49,203 nt of DNA from an uncultured Gemmatimonadota bacterium (lineage in GTDB: Bacteria; Gemmatimonadota; Gemmatimonadetes; Gemmatimonadales; Gemmatimonadaceae), in the NCBI GenBank assembly GCA_903876745.1, contig CAIRBD010000066.1:1-49203 (forward strand), given 5' to 3'. The notes beneath the pieces are model-generated. The model was not told where the DNA came from. It made no database searches and saw nothing but the letters and a program-made list of their open reading frames with translations. Both the position numbers and the translations under genes were made by a program. This document shows positions 17,754 to 27,654 of this stretch, piece after piece (position 1 is the first letter of the stretch; each line of letters starts with the position of its first letter).

Positions 17754-18334
17754 TGGTGTACGGACCGGCGATGAAACGCCGGATACTGCACCTGGGGTCT
17801 ACCGTCGTACCCGTGGCATATGCCGTTGGGGTGCCGCGCGGCGTCGTCATCGCGTCTCTCGGCGCGGCGGTGGTCGTTGCGGCGGTGGTCGAGAGACTGC
17901 GCCGCAGCTCGTCGGCAGTGCAGGGAGCGTTCGAGCGAGTCGTAGGTTCCCTGCTTCGCGACCATGAACACGAAGGAATCACCGCCGCCACCTGGCTTGC
18001 CGTCTCGATGTGCACTGCCGTGGTTGTGTTGCCGAGTCCCGCGGCTGTCGCAGCGCTGTGGTGTGTGTCGGCTGGTGACCCCGCGGCTGCCGCGGCTGGT
18101 ACCATGTGGCAACGTCGGCGAGGTGGTCTGGTCCGAGGGGAGCGAACAGTAGCTGGCTTCGCTGCGCTGTTTTGTGTTTCCGCGCTCGGCGTGCATCTCG
18201 TGGCTGGTTATTCGGTCGCCGGCGCTGTGGCTGTCGGAATGGTCGCGGCGGCCGCAGAACGCCTCTCGGGGCGCATCAACGACAACGTGACAATCGTCCT
18301 CGGCGCCGGGGTGGCCGCCCTGGCGGTTTCTTGA
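17753..18334 (+). CDS. Polytopic membrane protein, possibly the CTP-dependent polyprenol/diacylglycerol kinase-like (CTP_transf_1) family
   Basis: The start ATG 17753 overlaps the upstream stop (ATGA). Five to six hydrophobic segments. The SAGDPAAAAAG and DNVT motifs resemble the dolichol/phytol kinase family. The functional call is weak. Confidence 0.45.
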   Translation: MVYGPAMKRRILHLGSTVVPVAYAVGVPRGVVIASLGAAVVVAAVVERLRRSSSAVQGAFERVVGSLLRDHEHEGITAATWLAVSMCTAVVVLPSPAAVAALWCVSAGDPAAAAAGTMWQRRRGGLVRGERTVAGFAALFCVSALGVHLVAGYSVAGAVAVGMVAAAAERLSGRINDNVTIVLGAGVAALAVS

Positions 18335-18426
18335 CAAGAGGGAGGGTTCGCTCGTAAGAAATTAGGCGCGGACGTGACGCGCCGCGCCGCGTTGACGCGA
18401 ACGCAAGGCGATGCATCAGGAGGGGG

Positions 18427-18630
18427 ATGATGCAAAAAGGACGAGTGAAGTGGTTCAATGACCACAAGGGGTACGGGTTCATTGAACGCGAAGGCGGAGA
18501 CGATGTGTTCGTCCATTTCTCGTCGATCGACATGGAGGGGTTCCGGACACTGGCCGAAGGCCAGGCCGTGGAATTCGAAGTGTTTGCGGGTGATCGATGG
18601 CAAAACGCTTCTGTCGTGGTGAAAGCCTGA
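18427..18630 (+). CDS. Cold-shock protein (CspA family)
   Basis: [16 protein letters not shown] (RNP1) and DVFVHFS (RNP2); 67 aa. Confidence 0.93.
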   Translation: MMQKGRVKWFNDHKGYGFIEREGGDDVFVHFSSIDMEGFRTLAEGQAVEFEVFAGDRWQNASVVVKA

Positions 18631-18655
18631 TCACTTTCGACCTCGACCGACCGCC

Positions 18656-18687
18656 AGCGGGTCCGGTGTCTCATCACACCGGACCCG
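18656..18687 (+). terminator. Stem-loop downstream of csp (13-bp perfect stem GCGGGTCCGGTGT / ACACCGGACCCGC, 6-nt loop)
   Basis: Read directly from the sequence. It lies 25 nt after the csp stop. There is no clear U-tract, so intrinsic-terminator status is tentative. Confidence 0.55.
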
Positions 18688-18753
18688 CCTGACATTACGG
18701 CCCGGGCCCGCAGACGGGTGGTGCCGCGGCGCGGCGTCCGCCAACTTCCCAGC

Positions 18754-21648
18754 ATGTCCGCTCCTTCCAGTCCGCGCCTTTTCTTGATCGACGGCTATGC
18801 GCTCATCTACCGTGCGTTCTTTGCGCTCGGCACACAACCGCTCCTTAACAGCCGTGGAGAGAACACCTCGATCGCGCGCGGCGCGTACGATTTCCTCCGG
18901 CGTCTGATCGACAAGCACCAACCGGAGTATCTCGGGTGGGTTCACGACGCGGGCTACTCCTTCCGCCACGAACGCTATCCCGCCTACAAGGCCACCCGCG
19001 AGCGCCTCGAACCCGCACTGCAGGCGGACTTCGACACGGGCGTGGAGCGCATCACGCAGATCCTCGAAGCGTATCGCATCCCCGTGCTGTCACTGGAGGG
19101 GTACGAGGCGGACGATGTGATCGGGACACTCGCGAAAGAGGCTGCCGCGCATCATCTCAACGCGGTGATCGTGTCAGGGGACAAGGACTTCGTGCAGTTG
19201 ATCGACGACGGGATCTGGATCCTGAATCCGTGGCATGGTCGCCCGGGCTATACGTCGGAGAAGTGGTACGACAAGGTCAACGCCAGCGAACGTCTTGGCG
19301 TGCCGCCGGAGCGTGTTGTCGACTACCTCGCCCTGCTCGGCGACTCGTCAGACAACGTGCCTGGCGTGAAAGGGATCGGCGAAAAAGGGGCTCACGCGCT
19401 CATCGCCAAATGGGGGCCGCTCGAGAACATTCTCGCACACGTCGAGGAGGTCGAGCCGACACGATCGCGCAACGCACTAAAGGAATTCGGAGAGAACGGT
19501 CGGCTGTCGAAAGAATTAGTAACAATTAGAGAAGATTTAGCAGTCGCACTGGACCTTCCTGCGCTCGCGGTAAAGGATCCCGACTGGGCCAGGCTGCGCG
19601 AGCTGTTCGTCGAACTCGAGTTCCGGACGGCCGCACAGGAAGCGGCAGCGCACGCGGATATGGCGCCGGCGCCCGAGCCGGTCGAAGGTGAGCCTCCTGC
19701 GGTGCCGGAGCGCCGATATGTGATCGTCGACACCGTCGATGCGGTGCGAGACCTTGTGGCGCGCGCTCGGCAGGCTCCGTGTATCGCCATCGATACCGAG
19801 ACGGTGCTCGACGCCGGCGCACCTCCGATCATCACGCCATTGCGTGCCAATCTGGTGAGTTTGTCGATCGCGCTCGCGCCGGGCGAAGCATACTATTTGC
19901 CATTTGCGCATCGGGCGCACGGCGCCACCGAGTCTTCACAAGGAGATCTCGCTCTCTCGGCATCGAGCGCACCGCCCGCAGGCGCCGCCGACAGTATCGC
20001 GAGGCGTGCCATCGCGGCCGGCCCGGCCCCCGTGCGCAATCTACCGTCGATCCTCGGGGACGAGATGGCTCCCCTGCGGGCCCTGTTGGCCGACGCCGAG
20101 GTCCACAAGACGGCGCACAACGCCAAGTACGACCTGCTCGTGCTGCGGCGCACCGGCGTGTCGGTGAGAGGTCTTGATTTCGATTCAATGCTCGCCAGTT
20201 ACCTGCTTGATCCAGGCCGACGCTCGCACGCCATCGATGCGCTGGCCGTCGAGTTCCTGCAGACGTCCATGACCGGATACGACGAGTTGACGGGCAAGGG
20301 CAAGACACAGCTGCCGTTCGATGTCGTGCCGGTCGCGGTGGCCTGCGACTATTCCTGTGCGGATGCGGATATGGCACTGCGACTGCGGTTGCTGTTTGAG
20401 CCGAAGCTCGAGGAAGCTGGCGCCGCGGCCCTTCTCAGGGATTTGGAGTTGCCGCTCGTCGACGTGCTCGCAGAGATGGAGTGGCACGGCATCGCGATCG
20501 ATGTCCCATGGTTCCATTCCCTGAAGACACGATTCGCTCGTGAGCGCGGTGTGGTCGAGCAGCAGATCTACGCGGCCGCCGGTGAGACATTCAATATCAA
20601 TTCAAATCGCCAGCTCGGAGCCATCTTGTTCGGCAAGCTGGCGCTTCCAGTGAAGAAGAAGACGTCCACCGGGCCGAGCACGGACGCGTCCGTCCTGCAG
20701 GAACTTGCGGACGAAGGGCACGCTCTCCCTGCATACATGATGGAATACAGGGAGCTGGCAAAGCTCGAGAGCACCTATCTTGACACCCTCCCCGCCCTCG
20801 TGAACCCGCGGACAGGGAGGCTTCATACGTCCTACAATCAGACGGTGGCGAGCACTGGCCGCTTGGCGTCGAGCGATCCGAATCTCCAGAACATTCCGAT
20901 CCGACGGCAGCTCGGCAAGGAGATTCGACGGGGTTTCGTTCCCGCGGTCGGGTGGCGAATGCTCGCCGCGGACTATTCCCAGATCGAACTGCGCCTGCTC
21001 GCGCACCTGTCACACGACCCAGCGTTCGTCGAGGCCTTTCGGCAGGGCGGAGACATTCATCGACAGACAGGGGCCATCATTTTCGGCGTACCACTGGAGT
21101 CGGTCACTGGGGAGATGCGCGCGCGCGCGAAGACCATCAACTTCGCGACGATCTATGGCCAGGGAGCACACGCACTGTCCCGGCAACTGAAGATTGAGCA
21201 TGCCGAGGCCAAGGCCTTCATAGAGACGTATTTCGATCGCTTCGCGGGTGTGCGCCGGTTCCTCGACGACACAGTCGCCGTGGCAAGGGAACGCGGGTAC
21301 GTCGAGACCATCTTCAAGCGGCGGCGGTACATTCCGGAGTTGAAGGATCGGAACTTCAATATTCGAGCCTTTGGTGAACGCACGGCACAGAACTCGCCCA
21401 TCCAGGGCTCGGCGGCCGATCTTATCAAAGTTGCGATGATTCGAATACACCATGCGCTCGCGGAACGACGCATGCAGAGCCGCATGCTGCTGCAAGTGCA
21501 TGACGAACTGGTCTTTGAGACTCCGCCTGACGAAGTCGAAGCCCTGCGATCACTCGTCGTGCATGAGATGACAACGGCGGTGGCCCTCGACGTTCCGTTG
21601 CTGGTCGATGTGGGCGAGGGTCCCAATTGGCTCGAGACCAAGCGGTGA
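18754..21648 (+). CDS. polA: DNA polymerase I
   Basis: Start at ATG 18754 (MSAPSSPRLFLIDGYALIYRAFFA). 5'-nuclease motifs, 3'-5' exo motif CIAIDTET, and polymerase motifs DYSQIELR, RRxAKTINFATIYG and QVHDELVFE. Confidence 0.97.
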   Translation: MSAPSSPRLFLIDGYALIYRAFFALGTQPLLNSRGENTSIARGAYDFLRRLIDKHQPEYLGWVHDAGYSFRHERYPAYKATRERLEPALQADFDTGVERITQILEAYRIPVLSLEGYEADDVIGTLAKEAAAHHLNAVIVSGDKDFVQLIDDGIWILNPWHGRPGYTSEKWYDKVNASERLGVPPERVVDYLALLGDSSDNVPGVKGIGEKGAHALIAKWGPLENILAHVEEVEPTRSRNALKEFGENGRLSKELVTIREDLAVALDLPALAVKDPDWARLRELFVELEFRTAAQEAAAHADMAPAPEPVEGEPPAVPERRYVIVDTVDAVRDLVARARQAPCIAIDTETVLDAGAPPIITPLRANLVSLSIALAPGEAYYLPFAHRAHGATESSQGDLALSASSAPPAGAADSIARRAIAAGPAPVRNLPSILGDEMAPLRALLADAEVHKTAHNAKYDLLVLRRTGVSVRGLDFDSMLASYLLDPGRRSHAIDALAVEFLQTSMTGYDELTGKGKTQLPFDVVPVAVACDYSCADADMALRLRLLFEPKLEEAGAAALLRDLELPLVDVLAEMEWHGIAIDVPWFHSLKTRFARERGVVEQQIYAAAGETFNINSNRQLGAILFGKLALPVKKKTSTGPSTDASVLQELADEGHALPAYMMEYRELAKLESTYLDTLPALVNPRTGRLHTSYNQTVASTGRLASSDPNLQNIPIRRQLGKEIRRGFVPAVGWRMLAADYSQIELRLLAHLSHDPAFVEAFRQGGDIHRQTGAIIFGVPLESVTGEMRARAKTINFATIYGQGAHALSRQLKIEHAEAKAFIETYFDRFAGVRRFLDDTVAVARERGYVETIFKRRRYIPELKDRNFNIRAFGERTAQNSPIQGSAADLIKVAMIRIHHALAERRMQSRMLLQVHDELVFETPPDEVEALRSLVVHEMTTAVALDVPLLVDVGEGPNWLETKR

Positions 21649-21893
21649 GCGTCGGGCGCCGCGGCCTGTTGCAGAGTGCGATGATTGGTGCGAAACGAGA
21701 TGCCGCCGGGCAGAAAGTTCTCGAGTTTTTGTACTGTAAAACATTGTCCGGAAACGAGTTAGCTGGATTTTGCATTCTCGGCCCCTCCTTTGCCTGTTAT
21801 GATTACTAAGTTGCTTGCAGGCAAGTCGAACCGTCTGACTACGCGTGACCGAGGTCACACACGATTCGACGCGACCCTGTCCTCCGGATTCGT

Positions 21894-22277
21894 ATGGCTG
21901 CCCAGAAGCGCGGCTTCACGCTGATCGAACTGCTGATTGTCGTTGTGATCATCGGCATCTTGGCGGCGATCGCCATTCCGAAGTTCCAGAACACGAAAGG
22001 AAAGGCCAACGCCGCGGCGCTGAAATCAGACCTGCGCAATTTGTCGTCCGCGCAGGAGGCGTATTTCTATGACAACGACGTCTACACCTCAACGCCCGTC
22101 AGTCTGCAGTTTGCCACGTCGCCCGGCGTGGTGTTGACCGTCGTCAGCGCGACGTCCTCGGGATGGAGCGCCATGGCGACACATCCGGCGTCGTATCCGT
22201 TGATGTGTGCCATCTACTTCGGCAACGTGCCCGCGCTTCCTCCCGCGACCGTCGAAGGGCTCATCGGCTGTCAGTAG
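21894..22277 (+). CDS. Type IV pilin (prepilin-type N-terminal cleavage/methylation domain)
   Basis: MAAQKRG|FTLIELLIVVVIIGILAAIAIPKF is a class III signal peptide. 127 aa with two Cys near the C-terminus. No pilBCD or assembly genes are in the window. Confidence 0.85.
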   Translation: MAAQKRGFTLIELLIVVVIIGILAAIAIPKFQNTKGKANAAALKSDLRNLSSAQEAYFYDNDVYTSTPVSLQFATSPGVVLTVVSATSSGWSAMATHPASYPLMCAIYFGNVPALPPATVEGLIGCQ

Positions 22278-22336
22278 TCGATGACCGCTCGCCATCCCTG
22301 GGTCCGTGGCGGGAGTTTTCGGATCGCAGGGCGGGG

Positions 22337-22567
22337 ATGACGTACGCGATGTCAGGTGGCCTGTGGCTGCACCGACACGTCTGGATGGGTCGCCCTATGG
22401 CACACCTCGTCTCGTCCGACCGCGATGCATTGATCCGCTACGGTCGGCCGATCGGTCTCAACCCCGATCGCTTACAGTTCAAGCCGCTGCGTGATCCGCG
22501 AACGGGCGAGCGCTGCGATGCCTGGCACTGGGATCTCGTCGGACCATGGCTCCCCCCGCGCGAATGA
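22337..22567 (+). CDS. Small protein, DUF4031-like
   Basis: ATG 22337 within the 22163..22567 track ORF. The pattern ...W.GRPMAHLVSSDRDALIRYGRPIGLNPDRLQF...WHWDL resembles DUF4031. Its stop overlaps the next start (ATGA at 22564-22567). Confidence 0.45.
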   Translation: MTYAMSGGLWLHRHVWMGRPMAHLVSSDRDALIRYGRPIGLNPDRLQFKPLRDPRTGERCDAWHWDLVGPWLPPRE

Positions 22568-23463
22568 ATGCGGTGCGGTGGGTGGTGGTGGTTGCTCTGG
22601 GCGCGCAAGCGTGCGGTGCTCGGTCCGAGACGCGGGCGGCGGGAGAACCACGCCTCCCGACGGGGGAGGTGATTCAGAGCAAGAATAGCGCGGTCGCTTC
22701 CACCGCAGATCGTCCTTGGGACGACGCCCTTGGGGCAGTGATCGCACTCCCTGCGTCTGCCAGCGCCGGCAGTATGCTGCTCATCCGCGATGAATCGAAT
22801 GGCGCAGATGTAGATGTCGAGTTGTTCACCCACGACGATCGGGTGCTACGCGCGTCGATGCGACCCGGTGCTGCACTTGGTTGCGGCTGGGCCCGTGCGG
22901 TCACACTTCAAAACGCCGCACCGGGAACGAACACCAGCTGGGCGCTCGCTCTCGCCCCTGGGGTGGCACTTCCCATGGCCGTCGACGCGATCGGCGACCT
23001 CACCCCGCGTGATTCTTCGGAACTCGCCGCTCGCGTCAGCCGGCTGGTGAATGCGCTTTCCGGCGATTCGACGATCGCGCCGTTCCGTGGGTTGCCCGTC
23101 GTGGTTCGCGATGCGTGGACGGCGACCCTGCCTGACGGCACACCCGTGGTGGTCGCGGTAGCGATGCGTTCACTGAACGTCGAATCGAATCCTCGAGCGG
23201 AGATCATCACAGTGGTCGCCGAGCCGGAAAGTCCTGTCCCCGGCGCCGCGTGGCGCTCCGCATTCACGCGTCGCGACGCAGGTCCCGAGGACCGGGTCGA
23301 GGGAGCGGACCTGTTGTCTGCGGTGTTGCTTGGCGGCAAGGTGCCGGTCCTCGCCATGTTGCGCGAGACTGAACACGGACCGGCTGTTGATTTCATCGAG
23401 AGGGTTTCACCGGCGGCGTGGCGGTTGCGATGGACGACCGCCTCGCTTCCCTGCGCACCGTAA
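22564..23463 (+). CDS. Hypothetical lipoprotein/secreted protein
   Basis: MNAVRWVVVVALGAQAC lipobox-like signal. No recognisable family. Translationally coupled to the preceding ORF. Confidence 0.5.
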   Translation: MNAVRWVVVVALGAQACGARSETRAAGEPRLPTGEVIQSKNSAVASTADRPWDDALGAVIALPASASAGSMLLIRDESNGADVDVELFTHDDRVLRASMRPGAALGCGWARAVTLQNAAPGTNTSWALALAPGVALPMAVDAIGDLTPRDSSELAARVSRLVNALSGDSTIAPFRGLPVVVRDAWTATLPDGTPVVVAVAMRSLNVESNPRAEIITVVAEPESPVPGAAWRSAFTRRDAGPEDRVEGADLLSAVLLGGKVPVLAMLRETEHGPAVDFIERVSPAAWRLRWTTASLPCAP

Positions 23464-23478
23464 AGACCGACGCGCGCC

Positions 23479-24390
23479 CTACTCGGTTGCCCGCGCTCCG
23501 AGCGCCGCAGGCGCAACCGAACGCCGTCGTGCCCCGGCGAGGGCAAGCAGTGTGAGCACATAAGGCGTGGACAACCAGACCTGATAGGGAACTGACCATC
23601 CCATTGCCTGCGCCAGAAACTGTAGCGCACTGGCAGCTCCGAACAGGAGTGCGGCGAGCCACACCCCGAGCGGTGTCCAACGGCCGAGCGCAACGACGGC
23701 GATCGCGATGAACCCGCGGCCCGCCGACATGCCCTCGGCGAAACCACCGACCTGCGCAAGAACGAGTGTGGCGCCACTGAGTCCGCCCATCAAGCCGCCG
23801 AAGAGGATGGCGAACGTGCGTACGCGCGACGGGGAGATGCCGGCGGCGGCGGCGGCGGCGGGACGTTCGCCGACCGCACGAAGCGCGAGTCCGGCCGGTG
23901 TGCGGTAGAGCCACCAGCCGAGCGCGGGTGCGATGGCATAAAGGGCCCACGTCAATGCTGGTTGCGCGAAGAACGCTGGGCCGAGGATCGGAATGGAGCG
24001 CAACAGCGGAAGACTCCATACCCCCATCGTCGTCGTCCGTCCGATCACGCCGGCATCCACGTACATCGCTTGGTACAGCGCGCCGGTCAGTCCGAGCCCG
24101 AGAAGACTGATCGCGGTGCCGGTGATGATCTGGTCAGAGCGCAGGCCCACCACGAAGATCGCGAACAGGCCGGCGACGAGTACGCCGCTCATCGCTGCGC
24201 CTGCGAGGCCGCCGGCCACACCGGCGAAGCCCGTACCAGCCAGCGCCCCGAAGGCGCCGGCAATGATCATCCCCTCCAGCCCGATGTTGATGATCCCGGC
24301 ACGCTCGACAACCAGCTCTCCGAGAGCGGCATATGCCAACGGAGTTGCCATCCGCACGGAAGATTCCGCGAACGCCCCGAGAGCACTCAT
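23479..24390 (-). CDS. ABC transporter permease (BMP/nucleoside-type uptake system, second permease)
   Basis: Start at ATG 24388-24390 (MSALGAFAESSVRMATPLAYAALGELVVERAGIINIGLEGMI...), typical of the BPD_transp_2 family. The upstream part of the 525-aa track ORF is non-coding-like (Arg-rich). Confidence 0.88.
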   Translation of the reverse strand: MSALGAFAESSVRMATPLAYAALGELVVERAGIINIGLEGMIIAGAFGALAGTGFAGVAGGLAGAAMSGVLVAGLFAIFVVGLRSDQIITGTAISLLGLGLTGALYQAMYVDAGVIGRTTTMGVWSLPLLRSIPILGPAFFAQPALTWALYAIAPALGWWLYRTPAGLALRAVGERPAAAAAAGISPSRVRTFAILFGGLMGGLSGATLVLAQVGGFAEGMSAGRGFIAIAVVALGRWTPLGVWLAALLFGAASALQFLAQAMGWSVPYQVWLSTPYVLTLLALAGARRRSVAPAALGARATE

Positions 24391-25427
24391 TGGGTGCCCT
24401 CCGATGTTCGCGGTCCGAGGCGATCGATCGCCAGCACACAGAGCACCACCAAGGCTTCCACGATCAACGCGAACTGTGCGGGGACACCAGCGTCTCGTTG
24501 CATCGCCGCTCCCCCCGCCTCGAGCGCGCCGAAGAAGATACCGGTCCCGATGATCGCCAAGGGATGCAGTCTGGCGAGCAGTGCGACGGCGATGGCGCTG
24601 TACCCATAACCTGGTGAGATCCCTTCGAACAATCGATGCGTCACACCCGTCACCTCGACGGCGCCGGCAAACCCCGCGATCGCCCCACTCGCAAGAAAGG
24701 CGGCGGTGACGACACCCGTGACATCGACACGACCCGCGCTTCTTGCCGCCGCTGCTCCCGCGCCGACCACCCGAAGCCGAAATCCCCGAGCCGTCGTGCG
24801 CAGCACCCACCAAAGGCCGAACGCGAGCCCGAGCGCGGCGAGAAAACCGATGTGCAGCCGCGTGTCGGCCGCCAGTGTCGGGAGTTGCAGCGAGGGGTTC
24901 AGGGCCGGTGGATACGGGTAGACATGCGTCGGTTCCTGCAACGGACCTCGCACGAGGAAACTCACCGCCAAGGCGGCGACGAAATTCAACATCAGCGTAC
25001 TGATCACCTCGAGCACACCGAACGAACGCTTGAGTATCGCGGCGATCCCCGCCCACAGCGCCCCACCTGCGGTACCGGCCGCAACAGTCACCAGGATGGA
25101 GAGCGGACGAGGGAGTGATCCTCCGAGGGCCAGTCCTACGGTGACGGCAGCACAGGCTCCGGCGTGGAACTGGCCTTCCCCTCCGATGTTCAACACCCCG
25201 GCGCGGAACGCCAAACCGACCGCAAGCCCAAGGAGGATCAGTGGAGTTGCCCGAACCAGTGTCGCGGAGAAGAACGCGAAGGGGCTGCCAAAGGAGCCAC
25301 GGAGCAACGCGGCGAGCGCCGGAAGCACCGGATGCCCGCCGATCGCGATCACGCCGAGCGCGAGACCGGTGATCGCGACGAGCACCGCGCTCGCCAGCAC
25401 GATGTCGTGCGTGGCGCGAGGACGCAT
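24387..25427 (-). CDS. ABC transporter permease (first permease)
   Basis: 346 aa, polytopic, with the AGVLNIGGEGQF motif of the same permease family. Overlaps the next gene by 4 nt. Confidence 0.88.
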   Translation of the reverse strand: MRPRATHDIVLASAVLVAITGLALGVIAIGGHPVLPALAALLRGSFGSPFAFFSATLVRATPLILLGLAVGLAFRAGVLNIGGEGQFHAGACAAVTVGLALGGSLPRPLSILVTVAAGTAGGALWAGIAAILKRSFGVLEVISTLMLNFVAALAVSFLVRGPLQEPTHVYPYPPALNPSLQLPTLAADTRLHIGFLAALGLAFGLWWVLRTTARGFRLRVVGAGAAAARSAGRVDVTGVVTAAFLASGAIAGFAGAVEVTGVTHRLFEGISPGYGYSAIAVALLARLHPLAIIGTGIFFGALEAGGAAMQRDAGVPAQFALIVEALVVLCVLAIDRLGPRTSEGTQ

Positions 25428-26878
25428 CAGGACAACCCGATCATCGCGCGGCCGACACAGGCTGTATCGACGGGCGTTTCTATGACAGTGCCGTTGAAAC
25501 AGACGAGCATGCGGTCGGCGAGAGACACAATTTCTTCGAGATCGCTCGAATACATGACGACCGCACAGCCCGTGTCTCGAGCGGCCCGGAGTCGCTCGAG
25601 CACATCGTCCGACGCTCGGATGTCGAGCCCTCGAGTGGGATTCTCGACGACCAGCGCCTCGGGAGAACCCTCGAGTTCCCGGGCCAACACGAACTTCTGC
25701 TGATTGCCGCCGGAGAGTGTGCCCACCGCACGCGCATCAGGAGGCCGGACTCCGTGGTCGAGCGCGAGTGCACGCGCCTTCTCGGCGTAAGTCGACCACG
25801 CAATACGACCGTGCAGCCCGCCCGCCCGCGGCAGAACGACGTTCTCGGCGAGTGTCATTTCCGGGATGATCGCATCACGCAGGCGATCTTCAGGAACAAA
25901 CCCGATATGCGCGGGAAGGCGAACGCTCCCCGACTGCGGCGTGACGCGGCCCGCGAGCACCCGCAGCAGCTCCCACTGTCCCGCCCCTTCGACGCCGGCG
26001 ATGCCGACGATTTCGCCGGCACGCACGAGCGCATTGACACCATGGAGGCGTTCACTGCCCTGTGTGTCCGCGACGGTCACTGATGTGGCCGAAAGGACGG
26101 TATCTCCGGTGGTTCGGTTCACGCGCACTGGCGAAGGGGTACGAAGAGCCGGTCCTTCGCCAAGAAGCGCCGACACCACCTGAGCTTCGTCCACCGCGTG
26201 CACGGTGGACTGCAGCACCGAACGCCCACGACGAAGTACCGTGACGTCGTCCGCCAGGGTCAGGGCCTCGCGGAGCTTGTGCGTGATCAGGACGACGGTG
26301 CCGCCCCCCCGTACGAAGACGCGCAACCACGAATACAACTCATCCGTCTCCCGAGGAGTGAGCACGGCTGTTGGCTCGTCGAAGATGAGCAGGCGGGCGT
26401 TTCGCGAGACCGCCTTGAGGATCTCAACGCGCTGCTGCGCGCCGACAGCCAACTCGGACACACGCGCCAAAGGATCGACGCCTAACCCCGTCTCCTCACA
26501 GAGTTGCCGGACGCGCTCGGCGGCACGGCTCGGATGAAAGCCGCCGAAGAACCCGCAGTCTCCGAGCACGATATTCTCGGTCACTGTGAGTGCGGGCACC
26601 AGCATGAAGTGCTGATGTACCATCCCGAGGCCCGCCGCGATCGCATCGGCACTCGAGTGAAAATGGTGCTCGGTCCCGTCGACTTCGATCGAACCATGAT
26701 CGCAGCGCGCCAGACCAAAGGCGATGCGCATCAAGGTGGTCTTTCCTGCCCCGTTCTCTCCCAGCAGGGCGTGTAGTGTTCCACTCGCCACGGTGAAGGA
26801 AACGTCGTCCAACGCGAGCGTGGAACCGAAACGTTTCGAGATCCCGCGCAAGTGCAGCGCAGGCGCCGGAACGGTCAC
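25427..26878 (-). CDS. ABC transporter ATP-binding protein with duplicated nucleotide-binding domains
   Basis: Walker A GENGAGKTTLM, signature motifs (LAVGAQQRVEILKA and LSGGNQQKFVLAREL) and Walker B motifs (LLIFDEPT, LVVENPTRGLD). Confidence 0.92.
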   Translation of the reverse strand: MTVPAPALHLRGISKRFGSTLALDDVSFTVASGTLHALLGENGAGKTTLMRIAFGLARCDHGSIEVDGTEHHFHSSADAIAAGLGMVHQHFMLVPALTVTENIVLGDCGFFGGFHPSRAAERVRQLCEETGLGVDPLARVSELAVGAQQRVEILKAVSRNARLLIFDEPTAVLTPRETDELYSWLRVFVRGGGTVVLITHKLREALTLADDVTVLRRGRSVLQSTVHAVDEAQVVSALLGEGPALRTPSPVRVNRTTGDTVLSATSVTVADTQGSERLHGVNALVRAGEIVGIAGVEGAGQWELLRVLAGRVTPQSGSVRLPAHIGFVPEDRLRDAIIPEMTLAENVVLPRAGGLHGRIAWSTYAEKARALALDHGVRPPDARAVGTLSGGNQQKFVLARELEGSPEALVVENPTRGLDIRASDDVLERLRAARDTGCAVVMYSSDLEEIVSLADRMLVCFNGTVIETPVDTACVGRAMIGLS

Positions 26879-27654
26879 AATCCGGTCGGGGAGGACAGGA
26901 ACGTCCAGGGGAGCGCGAATTTCGTCGCCAGATACTCGGCGAGTGCGCGCACGCCAACGGTCTCGGTCGCATAGTGTCCCGCGTAGAGGATCACGAGACC
27001 GTGTTCTTCGGCATCCACCGCGCTCCAGTGCGGGCCCTCTCCTGTGATCAGGGTATCGACACCACGCGCGACCGCCTCGCGCAATGTGTCGGCGTTTGCG
27101 CCGGCGCCGGAGCAGATGGCCCAGCGGCGCGTCCGTCGGCCGCGCTCGAGGTGACTGGAGATCACACTTCCACCGTTCGCTCGCGCGAACAGGTCGAGCG
27201 CCTGCCGGAGGGACTCAGTCGAAACATCAGCGTCGCCGAGCACGCCGCATTGGATCGACTGGAACGTGGCGAATCCCGACGTCGGCACGAGGCCGAGTTC
27301 GCGAGCAATCAACCGCGAGTTGCCGAACCGTTCGTGGGCGTCGAGCGGCAGATGCGCGGAGTACACGGCGATGTCGTGTTCGAACAGCAACCGAATCCTC
27401 TGGTGCAGTACCCCTGTGATCGGCTGCAGCCCACTCCAGAACAGGCCATGATGGACGAGCAACAAGTTCGCTTCACTGTCCGCGGCCGCCTGAATGGTGC
27501 GCCGAGAACAGTCGACCGCCGCGGCGATCTTCGTGACAGGACCTCGATGCTCAAACTGGATGCCGTTGAGCGCTGGCGCATAGTCGGGCGTCTCGGGAAT
27601 GCGAAGAAGCGCATCCAAGTGGCCGCCGATCTCCTGCAGAGGGACGCCGGTCAC
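26875..27654 (-). CDS. Nif3-like dinuclear metal-centre protein (GTP cyclohydrolase 1 type 2 homologue)
   Basis: 259 aa with LLLVHHGLFW, HLPLDAH and GHYATE motifs typical of the NIF3/YbgI family. Confidence 0.85.
   Translation of the reverse strand: MTGVPLQEIGGHLDALLRIPETPDYAPALNGIQFEHRGPVTKIAAAVDCSRRTIQAAADSEANLLLVHHGLFWSGLQPITGVLHQRIRLLFEHDIAVYSAHLPLDAHERFGNSRLIARELGLVPTSGFATFQSIQCGVLGDADVSTESLRQALDLFARANGGSVISSHLERGRRTRRWAICSGAGANADTLREAVARGVDTLITGEGPHWSAVDAEEHGLVILYAGHYATETVGVRALAEYLATKFALPWTFLSSPTGL

Noticed and set aside
19781-19796. GTATC-gccatc-GATAC inverted repeat inside polA, resembling the GTATC-N5-GATAC motif.
   Set aside because: The spacer is 6 nt, not 5. The flanks are GC-rich and lack the TTA/TAA extensions. 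The sequence is simply the codons of the conserved exonuclease motif C-I-A-I-D-T-E.
21649-21893. Sigma-54 (GG-N10-GC) promoter upstream of the pilin gene.
   Set aside because: The candidate TGG...TGC pairs (e.g. ctGGattttGCatt, ttGGtgcgaaacgagatGC) have the wrong spacing, and there is no TGGCAC-N5-TTGC match.
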